A stretch of 64,000 nt of DNA from an uncultured Planctomycetota bacterium (lineage in GTDB: Bacteria > Planctomycetota > Planctomycetia > Isosphaerales > Isosphaeraceae), in contig CAVTTN010000002.1 of NCBI GenBank assembly GCA_963737655.1, positions 3,424,001 through 3,488,000 of the forward strand, read 5' to 3'. Position 1 is the first letter of the stretch. Every line of letters starts with the position of its first letter. The notes under the pieces were generated by a model. That model was not told where the DNA came from. It searched no databases and was given only the letters and a program-made list of their open reading frames with translations. Positions 1-11,003 of this stretch are shown here, in pieces. The position numbers and the translations under genes are program-made.

Positions 1-87
1 TACACCATGCTGTACAACCGCGCCAGACAGGCCCAGATCACCCGGGAGCTCGCCGAGATCATCGGCGGCGCCGCGGCCCTGGAATGA
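1..87 (+). CDS. atpG: F1Fo ATP synthase gamma subunit, C-terminal end (partial)
   Basis: Frame 1 reads YTMLYNRARQAQITRELAEIIGGAAALE*, the conserved AtpG C-terminus, and lies directly before atpD. Confidence 0.93.
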   Translation, partial: YTMLYNRARQAQITRELAEIIGGAAALE

Positions 88-1630
<1,543 letters not shown>

Positions 1631-1665
1631 TTCCCGGACATCAACCGCCAGTCCGCCGGGGATTC

Positions 1666-1722
1666 GTAGGGCAGGCCTCGGCCTGCCGTCCCCACCGATC
1701 GGCAGGCCGAGGCCTGCCCTAC
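1666..1722. repeat. GTAG-type REP doublet, family A
   Basis: GTAGGGCAGGCCTCGGCCTGCC ... GGCAGGCCGAGGCCTGCCCTAC as an inverted pair. Near-identical copies at 3482 and 17909. Confidence 0.85.
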
Positions 1723-1760
1723 GAGGTTGGTGCTGAGTCTTCTTGCGGAGAAAGGCCCCC

Positions 1761-2183
1761 ATGGCCAGCGTGGACAAGAAGGGCGGAGACCGGCTGAACT
1801 GCGTGGTCGTCACGCCCGAGAGGACCCTCCTCGATGACGCCGTGGACTTCGTGGCCCTGCCCCTGTTCGACGGCGAGCTCGGCGTCTTGCCCGGCCGTTC
1901 GCCCCTGATCGGCCGGCTCGGCTTCGGCGAGTTGAGGACCGAGGCCGGCGGGACGACTCGTCGCTTCTTCCTCGACGGCGGGTTCGCCCAGGTCCGGGAC
2001 AACGTCGTCACGATCCTCACCAACCGCGCCCTGCCGGCCGAGCAGATCGACCCGCAAGCCGCCGCCGCCGACCTCGAACGGGCCCGCTCGAAGAAGGCCT
2101 CCACCGAGGCCGAGCAGGACGAGAAGACCCGGGCCGTCGACCGCGCCCGGGCCCGCCTCCGGCTCGCCTCCATGCGAGGCTGA
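1761..2183 (+). CDS. atpC: F1Fo ATP synthase epsilon subunit
   Basis: VVVTPER...GELGVLPGRSPLIGRL...FFLDGGFAQV; follows atpD. Confidence 0.95.
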   Translation: MASVDKKGGDRLNCVVVTPERTLLDDAVDFVALPLFDGELGVLPGRSPLIGRLGFGELRTEAGGTTRRFFLDGGFAQVRDNVVTILTNRALPAEQIDPQAAAADLERARSKKASTEAEQDEKTRAVDRARARLRLASMRG

Positions 2184-2426
2184 GCGACAATCGTCGTTGC
2201 GTCGTCCGCACGATCCGAGGCCCGATCCCGGCCAGAATCCCCGGAATAGGCCCGTCCGACCTCCGTAAATGGAGCGTGGAAGGGACGGGAATCAGCCGAG
2301 GCGGATCGGGCCCGCCGCTCGGCCTCGGGCCCTCGCGGACCCGATCGCGGATGCGATCCGGCGAGGGTCGGACCGGGCGACGTCCGTCGTCCCGGAATCG
2401 GAGGGCCCCGAGAGGGAGCGTCCGCC

Positions 2427-2918
2427 ATGAGCCTGAATCTCGGCGTCATCGAGCAGCATCGGGACGTCAACCAGTCCACCTCCGACGACATCGTCGTGGA
2501 CTGGATCGACCAGCATTGCAACGTCACCCTGGAAAGCACCGCCGGCCAGGTTACCATCAATCAGAAGATCGACCAGCACTGCTCCGTCTTCATCAAGGCC
2601 AAGACGGGGATCTCGATCGGCCAGAAGATCGACCAGCACTGCGGAGTGACCCTCTGGACCGACGGCCCCGTGAGCATCGGCCAGAAGATCGACCAGCACA
2701 GCAACGTCGACGTCGAGGCCGGCGGGCCGATCGACATCGGCCAGAAGATCGACGGCAACAGCTCGGCCAAGCTGGTCTCGGACGTGAGCATCTTCGTCGG
2801 CCAGAAGATCGACGGCAACTCCGACGTCCGCTACAGCGCGCCGAGCGTCTTCTGGGGCGAGGAAGGGATTCAGAACGGGTCCACGGTCCTCGGCATTTCC
2901 GCCGTCCGGGACCGATAG
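2427..2918 (+). CDS. Hypothetical protein with 20-aa tandem repeats (IGQKIDQH/GN), predicted beta-solenoid
   Basis: GAGGGAG SD before the ATG. CAGAAGATCGAC recurs with an exact 60-nt period. GC3-biased codons. Confidence 0.8.
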   Translation: MSLNLGVIEQHRDVNQSTSDDIVVDWIDQHCNVTLESTAGQVTINQKIDQHCSVFIKAKTGISIGQKIDQHCGVTLWTDGPVSIGQKIDQHSNVDVEAGGPIDIGQKIDGNSSAKLVSDVSIFVGQKIDGNSDVRYSAPSVFWGEEGIQNGSTVLGISAVRDR

Positions 2919-3078
2919 GCCCACGGTCCGCCCGCAACCGGTTCGCCAATCGCGGCCAGAGGCCCGGAAGAGGGGGCACGCCGAGGGCTGCCCCCTCCCC
3001 GCCGTCCCGCGATGCCGGCGGGCGTCGGCCGGCTCGGAGCACGCACATCGATCCAAAATGGATCGCGTGTGTTAATGT

Positions 3079-3381
3079 TCAATATTGCCAGGGCTTGTAC
3101 AGAGGCAAGCCGCGGCGGGTCGCCCAGTTCGGGTCGCGGCCCGAGCGGAGCGCACCCCGATAGCGACTAAACGCGTCGTTCCGGGTCGAGACCACCGCGC
3201 GACGCCCCGCGAACGTCCTCGGCACGACCCGATACGTCGGAGACGGCGTCACGTACCGGTAGCCCGTCTGCGGGACGGTCCGGTAATACCCCGGCGCCTG
3301 GGCCGCCGCCGATCCGCCTCCGAAGAGGAGGACCAACAACGCGCCGAAGGCCGCCAACACGAGAACCCGGATTCGAACCAT
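3079..3381 (-). CDS. Small secreted Tyr/Arg/Pro-rich hypothetical protein
   Basis: Signal peptide MVRIRVLVLAAFGALLVLLFGGGSAAA-Q. C-terminus RDPNWATRRGLPLYKPWQY. sigma54-like promoter upstream. Confidence 0.65.
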   Translation of the reverse strand: MVRIRVLVLAAFGALLVLLFGGGSAAAQAPGYYRTVPQTGYRYVTPSPTYRVVPRTFAGRRAVVSTRNDAFSRYRGALRSGRDPNWATRRGLPLYKPWQY

Positions 3382-3430
3382 CAGCCACCCCCCCGGCGGC
3401 CTGGCCCTTCCCCGCCAGGAAGATTTCGCG

Positions 3431-3445
3431 GCAAATGGCGTGCCC
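3431..3445 (-). promoter_or_regulatory. Putative sigma54 (-24/-12) promoter for 3079..3381
   Basis: Minus strand GGGCACGCCATTTGC fits GG-N10-GC, with GGCACG and TTGC, about 50 nt upstream of the ATG. Confidence 0.55.
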
Positions 3446-3481
3446 TCAGCGGATCGCCCTCGGATTGCACGACGATTCCTC

Positions 3482-3538
3482 GTAGGGCAGGCCTTGGCCT
3501 GCCGTCTTCGTGGATCGGCAGGCCAAGGCCTGCCCTCC
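3482..3538. repeat. GTAG-type REP doublet, family A
   Basis: GTAGGGCAGGCCTTGGCCTGCC ... GGCAGGCCAAGGCCTGCCCTCC. Confidence 0.8.
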
Positions 3539-3705
3539 TTGTGCGCGGTCCGGGAGTGATCCGCTGTAGGGGCTTCCTGGCGGGAAGGCTCTGGTTTGGC
3601 ACGGGTTCCGACTTTCGAATCCGTGCCACCGGGGACGCTTCCGCAGAACGTTCTTCCGAGAAGAAGGAGGCGGCCCTGCTCTCCGGAAAACCCCGGCGAG
3701 GCTCG

Positions 3706-3931
3706 GGAATCGAGTAGGTCCGACTTCAGTCGGGTACGTGTTTGGCGTGTGAGAAGGCGGTTTTAGTAGGGTCCGCTCTTGCGGACCTCTTCGATTTCCC
3801 TTCGTCGCGAAGAGGTCCGCAAGAGCGGACCCTACAAGAACCGCGATCCGAGGAGCTCAACACGAACTCAGTCGGGCCGACAAAACAAGACAGTTTTGTC
3901 GGCCCGACTGAAGTCGGACCGACTCGATTCC
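3706..3931. repeat. Nested REP cluster: a family C element (GTAGGTCCGACTTCAGTCGG) enclosing a family B doublet (GTAGGGTCCGCTCTTGCGGACC, 3766..3835)
   Basis: Inverted arms at 3706-3734 and 3903-3931, an internal hairpin at 3868-3911, and a perfect inverted pair at 3766-3787/3814-3835. Confidence 0.75.
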
Positions 3932-4010
3932 TTTCCATCACCGGGGTCTTATCCAGAGCAAGACGGCCCTGATTGCGGGGCGAGGCGCGAGGGTCCCTCG
4001 TCCCGCGATC

Positions 4011-5362
4011 TCAGAACGGCCAGGGCCGGGGAATCGTCTTGATCGGGCAGTCGACGTTCCAGAGGCGGTACTTCATCTCCTCTCGGGCCTCGCGGATCGT
4101 GACCAGGAGGAACGGCACCAGGGCCTCGGGATAGCCCCGAGGGGCCAGCCGCTTCACGCAGAGGACGACCAGGCAATCCACTTCATACAGCCTGTGTTTG
4201 GATCGAAACTCGTCCGGTCGGATGCTCCGATAGAGGTGAAGGATCGCCTCGTCGATCGGCTTCGACTCGATCGGCGCGAGCGCCCGGACCAGCTCGGCCT
4301 GCTGGTCGGGTCCGGCGACGTCGAGGAACGGGGGATGGTCCGGATCGAAGTCGCGGAACTCGCTCGCGAGGATCTTCGCCGCGATCGGCATCTGCGCCCG
4401 GAGCGTGGCCGAATCCATGCCCGATCGCGTCCAATAGATCGCGACGAGAGTCGGCGGGATCGATGCCCGGGCACGAGGCCCGTGCTGCCGCTCGAACTCC
4501 TCGATGAGCGGGTGCCAGCGGGCGGGGTCCTTCTCCGTCAGCAATCGGTCGAGGACGAACGCAAACACCGGAGTACTGTCGAGCAGCGGCCGGTTCAGGA
4601 GCTTCCGCGCGATCTCCAGGCCCCTGTCGGGGAAATACCACATGAGCCGGGTGACGGCCAGCTCATGACCCCTGCCCGGCGCGAGCGCGTTGCGCGTCAG
4701 GGATTCCCGATGCGCCTCGGCGGTCAAGCCGCCCCAGTCCTCGCGGACCCTCCGCGCCAAAATCGGCGTCTCCACGGGGGAATTGATGACCAGGCATGCC
4801 GTCGGCCGATAGCGGAGCGCGACGAGGTTCCGGCCCACGATCTGGCCGATCGCGACGAAGCAGAGGTCGCCCACCTTCAGCGTGTACTCGCGCACATACC
4901 GTGGGGCTTTCTCCGGTGCGTTGCGTCCGGCACCCTGGGGCCGGGCTCGTGCTGGAGCCGGGAGCTCGGGAGTTCTCGCGGGTCGTACTCGTCGGAGTGC
5001 CACATCCCGTCGTACCCGCGGACCCGGACCCGGGTCGGGCGGGCATCCGAGAGGTGGGCGATCAGGTCGGGCAGGGCGACGACCCCGAGGCGGACGAGGT
5101 CTCGGAGGGCCGGAGGCGTGGTCGGCCTCGTCGAGCCGATCACCCCGCCGAGGAATTCCGGCTCCATGTCCACGCCGAGGAACTCCGAGCTCGCGTCCGT
5201 CCCGTGGAACCCGGTGCCCTCCTCGTTAACCTCCGTCAACTGGTCGATCAGTCGCACAACGTGCGGATTCGCCGCCGGTTCCTGTCCCCAGCCGGCTGGC
5301 GGAAGGACGAGAAGGAGCCCGAAGACGCCCCAACCGATCGCCCGATGGTCACAAGTCATCAT
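4011..5362 (-). CDS. Secreted hypothetical protein (frameshift near 4940-4970)
   Basis: Signal-like N-terminus in ORF 4877..5410 (GWGVFGLLLVLPPAGWG-QEP) joins ORF 4011..5003 (YTLKVGDLCFVAIGQIVGR...). Confidence 0.6.
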
Positions 5363-5501
5363 GCCTTCTCCCCGTCCCGTCCCAGGGCCGCGGCTCGACC
5401 GGTTTGGCACGAGCTCGTCACGAAAATCTTCGCAGAACCCCCCGGGACGCGTTAGGCTGCCTCCCAGGATTCAAGATCGGCCCCGGATCGAAAGGATTTT
5501 C

Positions 5502-5957
5502 ATGCGATTCTCGATCCGAGGTCTGATGGCGGTCGTCCTGCTCGTCGCGATCGACTGCGCGGTGAGCCGGGGCCTGAATTCCTTCCCGTTGGTCTCGCGT
5601 CCTCTGGGCGAAATCCTCGACCTGGCCCTCTGCGGCCTCCTGCCGATGGCCAACGTCCTGGCGATCGTCGCCCTCCTCCGAACGGCGGCAAGATCGGCGA
5701 GGCGGCGAGCGTTCCTGACCGGATTCCTGAAGGCCGGCGCGATGGCCTGGTCGGTCGCCCTGATCCTCGCGTGCGTCGCCCACGCCCCGATCCACGAGGC
5801 CGTGGACATGGCCCTGACGCCGCTGAAGGGCGTCCCGCTCGCCTTCCTCCCCGCCGCCGCGGCGGTCCTCTGGGCACCCCAGGCGCTATGGGCGAACCTG
5901 GGAGGTTGGGTCGCGGCGAGGCGGAGTTCTCAAGAGAAGGATATCATATGTTTTTAG
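5502..5957 (+). CDS. Hypothetical membrane protein (about 4 TM) with planctomycete-type RFSIRGLM N-terminus
   Basis: AAAGGA SD; MRFSIRGLMAVVLLVAIDCAV followed by hydrophobic segments. Confidence 0.7.
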   Translation: MRFSIRGLMAVVLLVAIDCAVSRGLNSFPLVSRPLGEILDLALCGLLPMANVLAIVALLRTAARSARRRAFLTGFLKAGAMAWSVALILACVAHAPIHEAVDMALTPLKGVPLAFLPAAAAVLWAPQALWANLGGWVAARRSSQEKDIICF

Positions 5958-6526
5958 GAAAGATTGTAACAAATCAACACATTTAATTTATATAATCGAC
6001 ACCAACACGATCGGACGGTCGTCTGGAGCGAAATTGTCGCGACGTCGACCGGGAATCGTGCCAGAGATTGCCATGCTTGAATTACCTCATAATTTTTAAA
6101 TATAACACATGGTGGATCATGGATTACGCAGAAGTTGACTACACTCGGAGGGCCAAATCGCGTTCAGACGGCCTGAAACAAGGGGTTTTCGCGCGCGCAG
6201 TCGGTCGAGCGCGCGTACCTTTCCTTGAACGTGAATTCGTGGATTGATACGTCACAAGTCCCATTTGACAAATGGGTTGTGCAAACGTCCCAAAATCGAG
6301 CGTGGCCCGAAAAAGGCGCGCCGGGTGCGCACAATCCGGTGCCTCGGCGCGGCCGATTTTGCCATCGGGGTGTCACTCGCCCCGGGCGTCCGAAAAAAAA
6401 GTGATCGCGAGGGGCGATCGGCCGCGATGGTGTCCCCCGGATGGACGTGGCGAACCATGAACGGGGGGCGGTGCCGTGGGCGGGACGGTCGGAGGGATCG
6501 GGATGAGGTCGGGACGTCGTTCGCGC

Positions 6527-7431
6527 TCAGGCCCCGGGCGAGACGGCGGCGGGCTCGTCGGCGAAGAATCGGGGGTTCTCGATCATCGGCACCGCGAGCC
6601 ATTCCGTGCCGGCCCAGGCGTGGTGGGTGGCCTTCACCCCGGCCCCGTCGAGCTCGATTTCCAGGAACCCCGGCAGGTGGAAGCCGGTCGGGTCGCGGAG
6701 CAACGGCGCCCGGAATTCAGGCACATCGCGTTGGGCATCCCCGGCGGCGTGAACGCCCAGGCCGCGTGAACATGTCCGCAGCAGTAGACGTGAGGGCCGA
6801 TGCCCCTCAGCCATTCCGCCACCGAGTCGGCGTTCTTCATCCGCTTCTGGGCAAGCTGCCCCTCGTAGGGCGGAGGGGCGGCCAGCGGGTAGTGACAGGC
6901 GATGATCTTCCGCCGGTACTGGCTCAGCGAATCGGCCGCAATCCGTTTGGCCTCGGTCAGTTGGGGCTCGGGAATCCGGCCCGTCGCGGAGATGTGCGAG
7001 CGAGTCGGGTCGAGGCCGAGGATGGCGGTCTCGTCGTCCAGGGGGCGGAGCCAGGGGAACTGGAGGCGGGGCATGAACTCGCCGAACGTCTCCTCGAACT
7101 TCCTCGACCGGACCGAACCCGGGGTGTAGCGATCGTGATTGCCGGGGATTACCGTCGCCCTCGACGGGTCTTTCAGCAACGGTTCCAGGGCGAGCCGGGC
7201 GGCGCGGAACTCGGAGCCGAGCGCGGTGGTCGTCAGGTCCCCGGTGATCAGCACGTGGTCGGGCCCGAGCGACTCGGCATAGCTCACGACGGCGTCGAGC
7301 CGCTCCAATCGGAACTTTTTCGCCCGGCCCGTGAGCAGTTCGAGCATCCCGACCGATCGTTTCCCGACCAATCGGAACGGATTGAATTCGAATCGCCAGA
7401 CGTGAATGTCCGACAGGTGGAGGATTCGCAC
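6527..7431 (-). CDS. Calcineurin-like metallophosphoesterase (CpdA/Icc-like; frameshift near 6705)
   Basis: Motifs HLSDIH, ITGDL, PGNHD, CHYP and CGHVH. The C-terminus is in the 6527 frame (PGFLEIELDG...). Confidence 0.85.
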
Positions 7432-7460
7432 CGAGGCCCCTCGACATCGGGCGGCCCGGG

Positions 7461-8282
7461 TCAGAAATGGACCCCGGCCCAGCCGACGAGGATATCGTAA
7501 GCAGCATGCGTGCCGACGGCCACGCCGAACCCCCGAACCACGAAGACCCAGGCGAAATAGATCCCCGCCAACCAGCGGAAGAGGAACGCGAAGAGGGTGA
7601 ACGGCTCGCCCGGGGCACCGGCATGATGGGCCAGAGAGAACAGGAGGGCCGAGCCGGTCACCGCCAACGTCGTGCTGGCGAGCTTCGGCGCCGCGATCGC
7701 CCGGGCGGCGAAGTAGAGGCCGGGAATCAGGACCAGGCGGAAGATCGCCTCTTCATAAACACCGGCGCCGACAAACCCCAGGATCGCGGAATTCGCCGGG
7801 CCCCCACTCCGAAGCAAGTCATGGCCTTCGAGGCGGTCGAACCCGAGATCGACCAATCGGCTGAGGCCGATCAGCGCCACGGCCAAGGCCAGGCTCTCGG
7901 CGGCCATCCCCAGGAGGCATCGCGGACGGAACTTCCAGGGGTCGCCCCGGAACGCCTGCCAGCCCAGGAGGGCCAGGACCAGGGCCATCGGCGGGAGCCA
8001 GCGGTCGGTCAGATGGAGCCGGGCCAGTGCCTGGCGGACCCACGCATCGGCGCCGGTCCGCAACGCCTCGGCCGACGACCCTCCGATCCAGGAGACGCCG
8101 ATCTCATAGGCGGCCAGGAGCGGTAAGACGAACAGGAGACAGGGGATCGGTCGGCGGGTGACCCGCCAGTATGAGGCTTCGACGGGCGGAGCGGCGGCCT
8201 TGCCCCAGAATCGGGGATCGAAGCCGCGACGAGGCCGGGGGCGGCGGAGCCGGCCCTCGGGTGGGGGAGTGGTGGTGCTCAC
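7461..8282 (-). CDS. CPBP (Abi/CAAX) family intramembrane glutamic endopeptidase; start uncertain
   Basis: YEEAIFR, FSLAHH and THAAYD motifs, plus multiple TM segments. Confidence 0.85.
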   Translation of the reverse strand: MSTTTPPPEGRLRRPRPRRGFDPRFWGKAAAPPVEASYWRVTRRPIPCLLFVLPLLAAYEIGVSWIGGSSAEALRTGADAWVRQALARLHLTDRWLPPMALVLALLGWQAFRGDPWKFRPRCLLGMAAESLALAVALIGLSRLVDLGFDRLEGHDLLRSGGPANSAILGFVGAGVYEEAIFRLVLIPGLYFAARAIAAPKLASTTLAVTGSALLFSLAHHAGAPGEPFTLFAFLFRWLAGIYFAWVFVVRGFGVAVGTHAAYDILVGWAGVHF

Positions 8283-8635
8283 ACCCCCAGACGATCGGCC
8301 GATTAGAGGGGCGATCTCCACCGGTCGGGGCCGAGATTTCGCGGAATTCGAAATCTCCGAAATCAACGAAATCCGCGAAGGGGATGAAATCGCGCCGTCC
8401 CTTGTGGGTCGGGGTCCGGATCGCTACGATACCCACGTCGGGCGGCCCTCCAGCGTCTTGACGAGGGCGGGGTCGCTCCCCAGAATGGACGCCTCTCATC
8501 CGCTGCCCAGACTTCTGCCCGAGACAGCGGGACGCCGACCCTCCGGCGGCCCTCGGTCGATCCGGTCGAACCCGACCGGGTCCGAGGGCCATTGGCCAGG
8601 GCGGCGGACCATCCGATGTTGGGGAGGATTGGCGC

Positions 8636-10087
8636 GTGACTCCGCGGTATCGCCTCGCCCTGGCCGCCGGCCTGATGGCCCTCTCCGGCTGCTCCGACGC
8701 CTTCAACTCCGGCCCGATCGGCTACTCCCACAGCCCCGAGCTGGCCAAGCTGAGGGACCCCGACACCAAGAAGCCCAAGACCGAGCTTCAACGGCGGGTC
8801 GTGCAGTCGCTTGACGCCGTCTTCGGCGACGCCCCCCAGAAGATCCTCGTGCCCAGGGGCGCGGGACTTCCGGACGGAGGCATCCACCTGGCCGATCGGG
8901 CGATCCTCGTCGGCCAGACGGGCAACGAGGCGAGGCAGGTTCAACTCACGAAGGCCAGTGGCGAGAAAGTCGCAAGCGAAGGCGGTTACTCGCTTTATCG
9001 CAAGCACTGCCTCCACTGCCACGGCGTGAGCGGCGACGGGGAAGGCCCGACGGCGGCCTTCCTCTGGCCCCGACCTCGCGACTATCGCCGGGGGATCTTC
9101 AAGTTCACCTCGACCAATCCCGGCGAGAAGCCGACGCGGGCCGACCTCCGCAAGACGCTCTATCAGGGGATCGCCAATAGCTCGATGCCGGCCTTCGAGG
9201 CCCTCATGACCGAGTCGGAGATCGAGCAGGTCATCGATTACGTGATCTTCCTGAGTGCCCGGGGCGAGACCGAGTTCCGCCTGATCGGCGAGGCCGGCGG
9301 CGAGGAGGAGCCGAAGGACTCCAAGGTCGAGTCGCCGATCAACGCCGAGAAGGCCCAGGAGATCGCCCAGGGGGTCTTCGACTCCTGGAAATCGGCCGAT
9401 TCCGCGGTCCTGAACCCCCCGATCCCCCGGACCGCCAACACCCGCGAGAGCATCGCCAGGGGCCGGACGCTCTTCCTCGGGCTGACGACCGAGAAACTCG
9501 CCTGCGCCGGCTGCCACGGCAACCAGGCCCACGGCGACGGACCGAGCTTCGTGCCCAGGGACATGTTCCACGAGGTCGTCTTCGGCGGAGACCCGGCGAC
9601 GCAGAACCAGAGACTCGTCGAGTTCATCGCCAACAAGGCCGACGCCGACAGCGCGAAAGTCGTTGCGGAATATAAGGAAGCGATCGCCAAGGAACCCGGC
9701 GGCGACGACCCGGCGAATTCGGGGTCGGCCGTCGGCGCGATGATCGAGAAGGCCGGCGGGTCCAGGCAGAAGGCCGAAGAGATCCACAAGCTCTGGACGG
9801 ACGGCTCGCTCGACGACTGGAAGAATCCCCTGCGACCCGCGAACATCAACGACGGTCCGGCCACGATGTATAAAGGAGGGCGCCGCCCCCTGGACATTTA
9901 CTGGCGGATCGCCAAGGGGATCAACGGCGCGAAGATGCCGGCGCATGCCACCACGCTGAAGCCGGAGCAGATCTGGGACCTCGTGAACTTCGTCCTGGCC
10001 CTGCCTTATGACCCGGAGATCCTCCGGGATGCCCCGACCTCGGTCGCCACGGCGGCCGGGGCGTCGGCCCCGTCATCGTCTCACTGA
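8636..10087 (+). CDS. Diheme cytochrome c lipoprotein, first gene of the oxidase operon
   Basis: Lipobox LSGC; two CxxCH motifs (CLHCH, CAGCH); WPRPRDY...FKF; distal Met motifs SSMPAF and AKMPAH. Confidence 0.9.
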   Translation: MTPRYRLALAAGLMALSGCSDAFNSGPIGYSHSPELAKLRDPDTKKPKTELQRRVVQSLDAVFGDAPQKILVPRGAGLPDGGIHLADRAILVGQTGNEARQVQLTKASGEKVASEGGYSLYRKHCLHCHGVSGDGEGPTAAFLWPRPRDYRRGIFKFTSTNPGEKPTRADLRKTLYQGIANSSMPAFEALMTESEIEQVIDYVIFLSARGETEFRLIGEAGGEEEPKDSKVESPINAEKAQEIAQGVFDSWKSADSAVLNPPIPRTANTRESIARGRTLFLGLTTEKLACAGCHGNQAHGDGPSFVPRDMFHEVVFGGDPATQNQRLVEFIANKADADSAKVVAEYKEAIAKEPGGDDPANSGSAVGAMIEKAGGSRQKAEEIHKLWTDGSLDDWKNPLRPANINDGPATMYKGGRRPLDIYWRIAKGINGAKMPAHATTLKPEQIWDLVNFVLALPYDPEILRDAPTSVATAAGASAPSSSH

Positions 10088-10199
10088 GATTGGATCGAAA
10101 TCCGGCCCCGGGCCGGTTTCCGGCAGGGCCCGGGCGACCGGCCGCCGGCTGAAGCCGTCCGCCCCCTTCGCCGCGACGCCCAGAGCCCCGGAGCCTCCC

Positions 10200-11003
10200 G
10201 TGCGATATTGGAGCCTTTTGTTCATCGCTGCCGCCGTGGCCGTCGTCGGCGTCTTCCTGTACGCCCCGTTCGACCCCGAATGGTGGCTCCCCCGGAACGT
10301 CTCGCTCAAGGGGCCTCTGGCCTTCGGCGCCGACATCGACCACCTCTTCGTGATGATCCTCTGGATCACCGGGATCGTCTTCATCGGCACCCAGATCGCC
10401 CTGGGCTACGCGATGTGGAGATACGCGGCGAAGCCGGGCCGTCCTGCGGTGTATTTCCACGGCAGCCAACGACTTGAGGTGATCTGGACCATCATCCCCT
10501 CGGCGATCCTCGTCTTCATCGCCCTGTACCAGATGGGGACCTGGACGAGCATCAAGTTCCGATCGGCCCAGCCCAAGGTCAAGCCGGTGGCCGAGGTCAC
10601 GGCCCGGCAGTTCCAGTGGTTGATGCGCTACGCCGGTCCTGATGGGAAGATGTATACCGAGGACGACCTGCACACCATCAATGACCTCCACTTCGTCAAG
10701 GGCACGCCCGTCGTGATCCACCTGAAGAGCAAGGACGTCCTCCACTCGTTCTTCCTCCCCCAGTTCCGGATCAAGCAGGACGCCGTGCCCGGCCTGACGA
10801 TCCCCGTGTGGTTCGACGCCGACGAGGCCGGGACGTACGACCTCGTCTGCGCCGAACTCTGTGGCTGGGGCCACTATAAGATGCGGGGGAAGGTCACCGT
10901 CCACGATACCCAGATGGAATTCGACGACTGGATGAAGAACGCCGTCCGCCTCCAGTCGGCCAGCCAGGTCGCCGTCGCCGCCGCGGCCCCGGGGAGCCAT
11001 TGA
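10200..11003 (+). CDS. coxB: Cytochrome c oxidase subunit II
   Basis: LEVIWTIIP, QFQW, DVLHSF, and the CuA motif CAELCGWGHYKM. GTG start at 10200. Confidence 0.95.
   Translation: MRYWSLLFIAAAVAVVGVFLYAPFDPEWWLPRNVSLKGPLAFGADIDHLFVMILWITGIVFIGTQIALGYAMWRYAAKPGRPAVYFHGSQRLEVIWTIIPSAILVFIALYQMGTWTSIKFRSAQPKVKPVAEVTARQFQWLMRYAGPDGKMYTEDDLHTINDLHFVKGTPVVIHLKSKDVLHSFFLPQFRIKQDAVPGLTIPVWFDADEAGTYDLVCAELCGWGHYKMRGKVTVHDTQMEFDDWMKNAVRLQSASQVAVAAAAPGSH

Noticed and set aside
2500..2830. CRISPR-like regularly spaced repeat
   Set aside because: The period is exactly 60 nt, in frame within a coding ORF, the conserved core is short, and there are no cas genes. It is a protein repeat.
6082..6110. dif-like site (…CATAA…)
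   Set aside because: The XerD arm (TTATGTTAAAT) is not matched.
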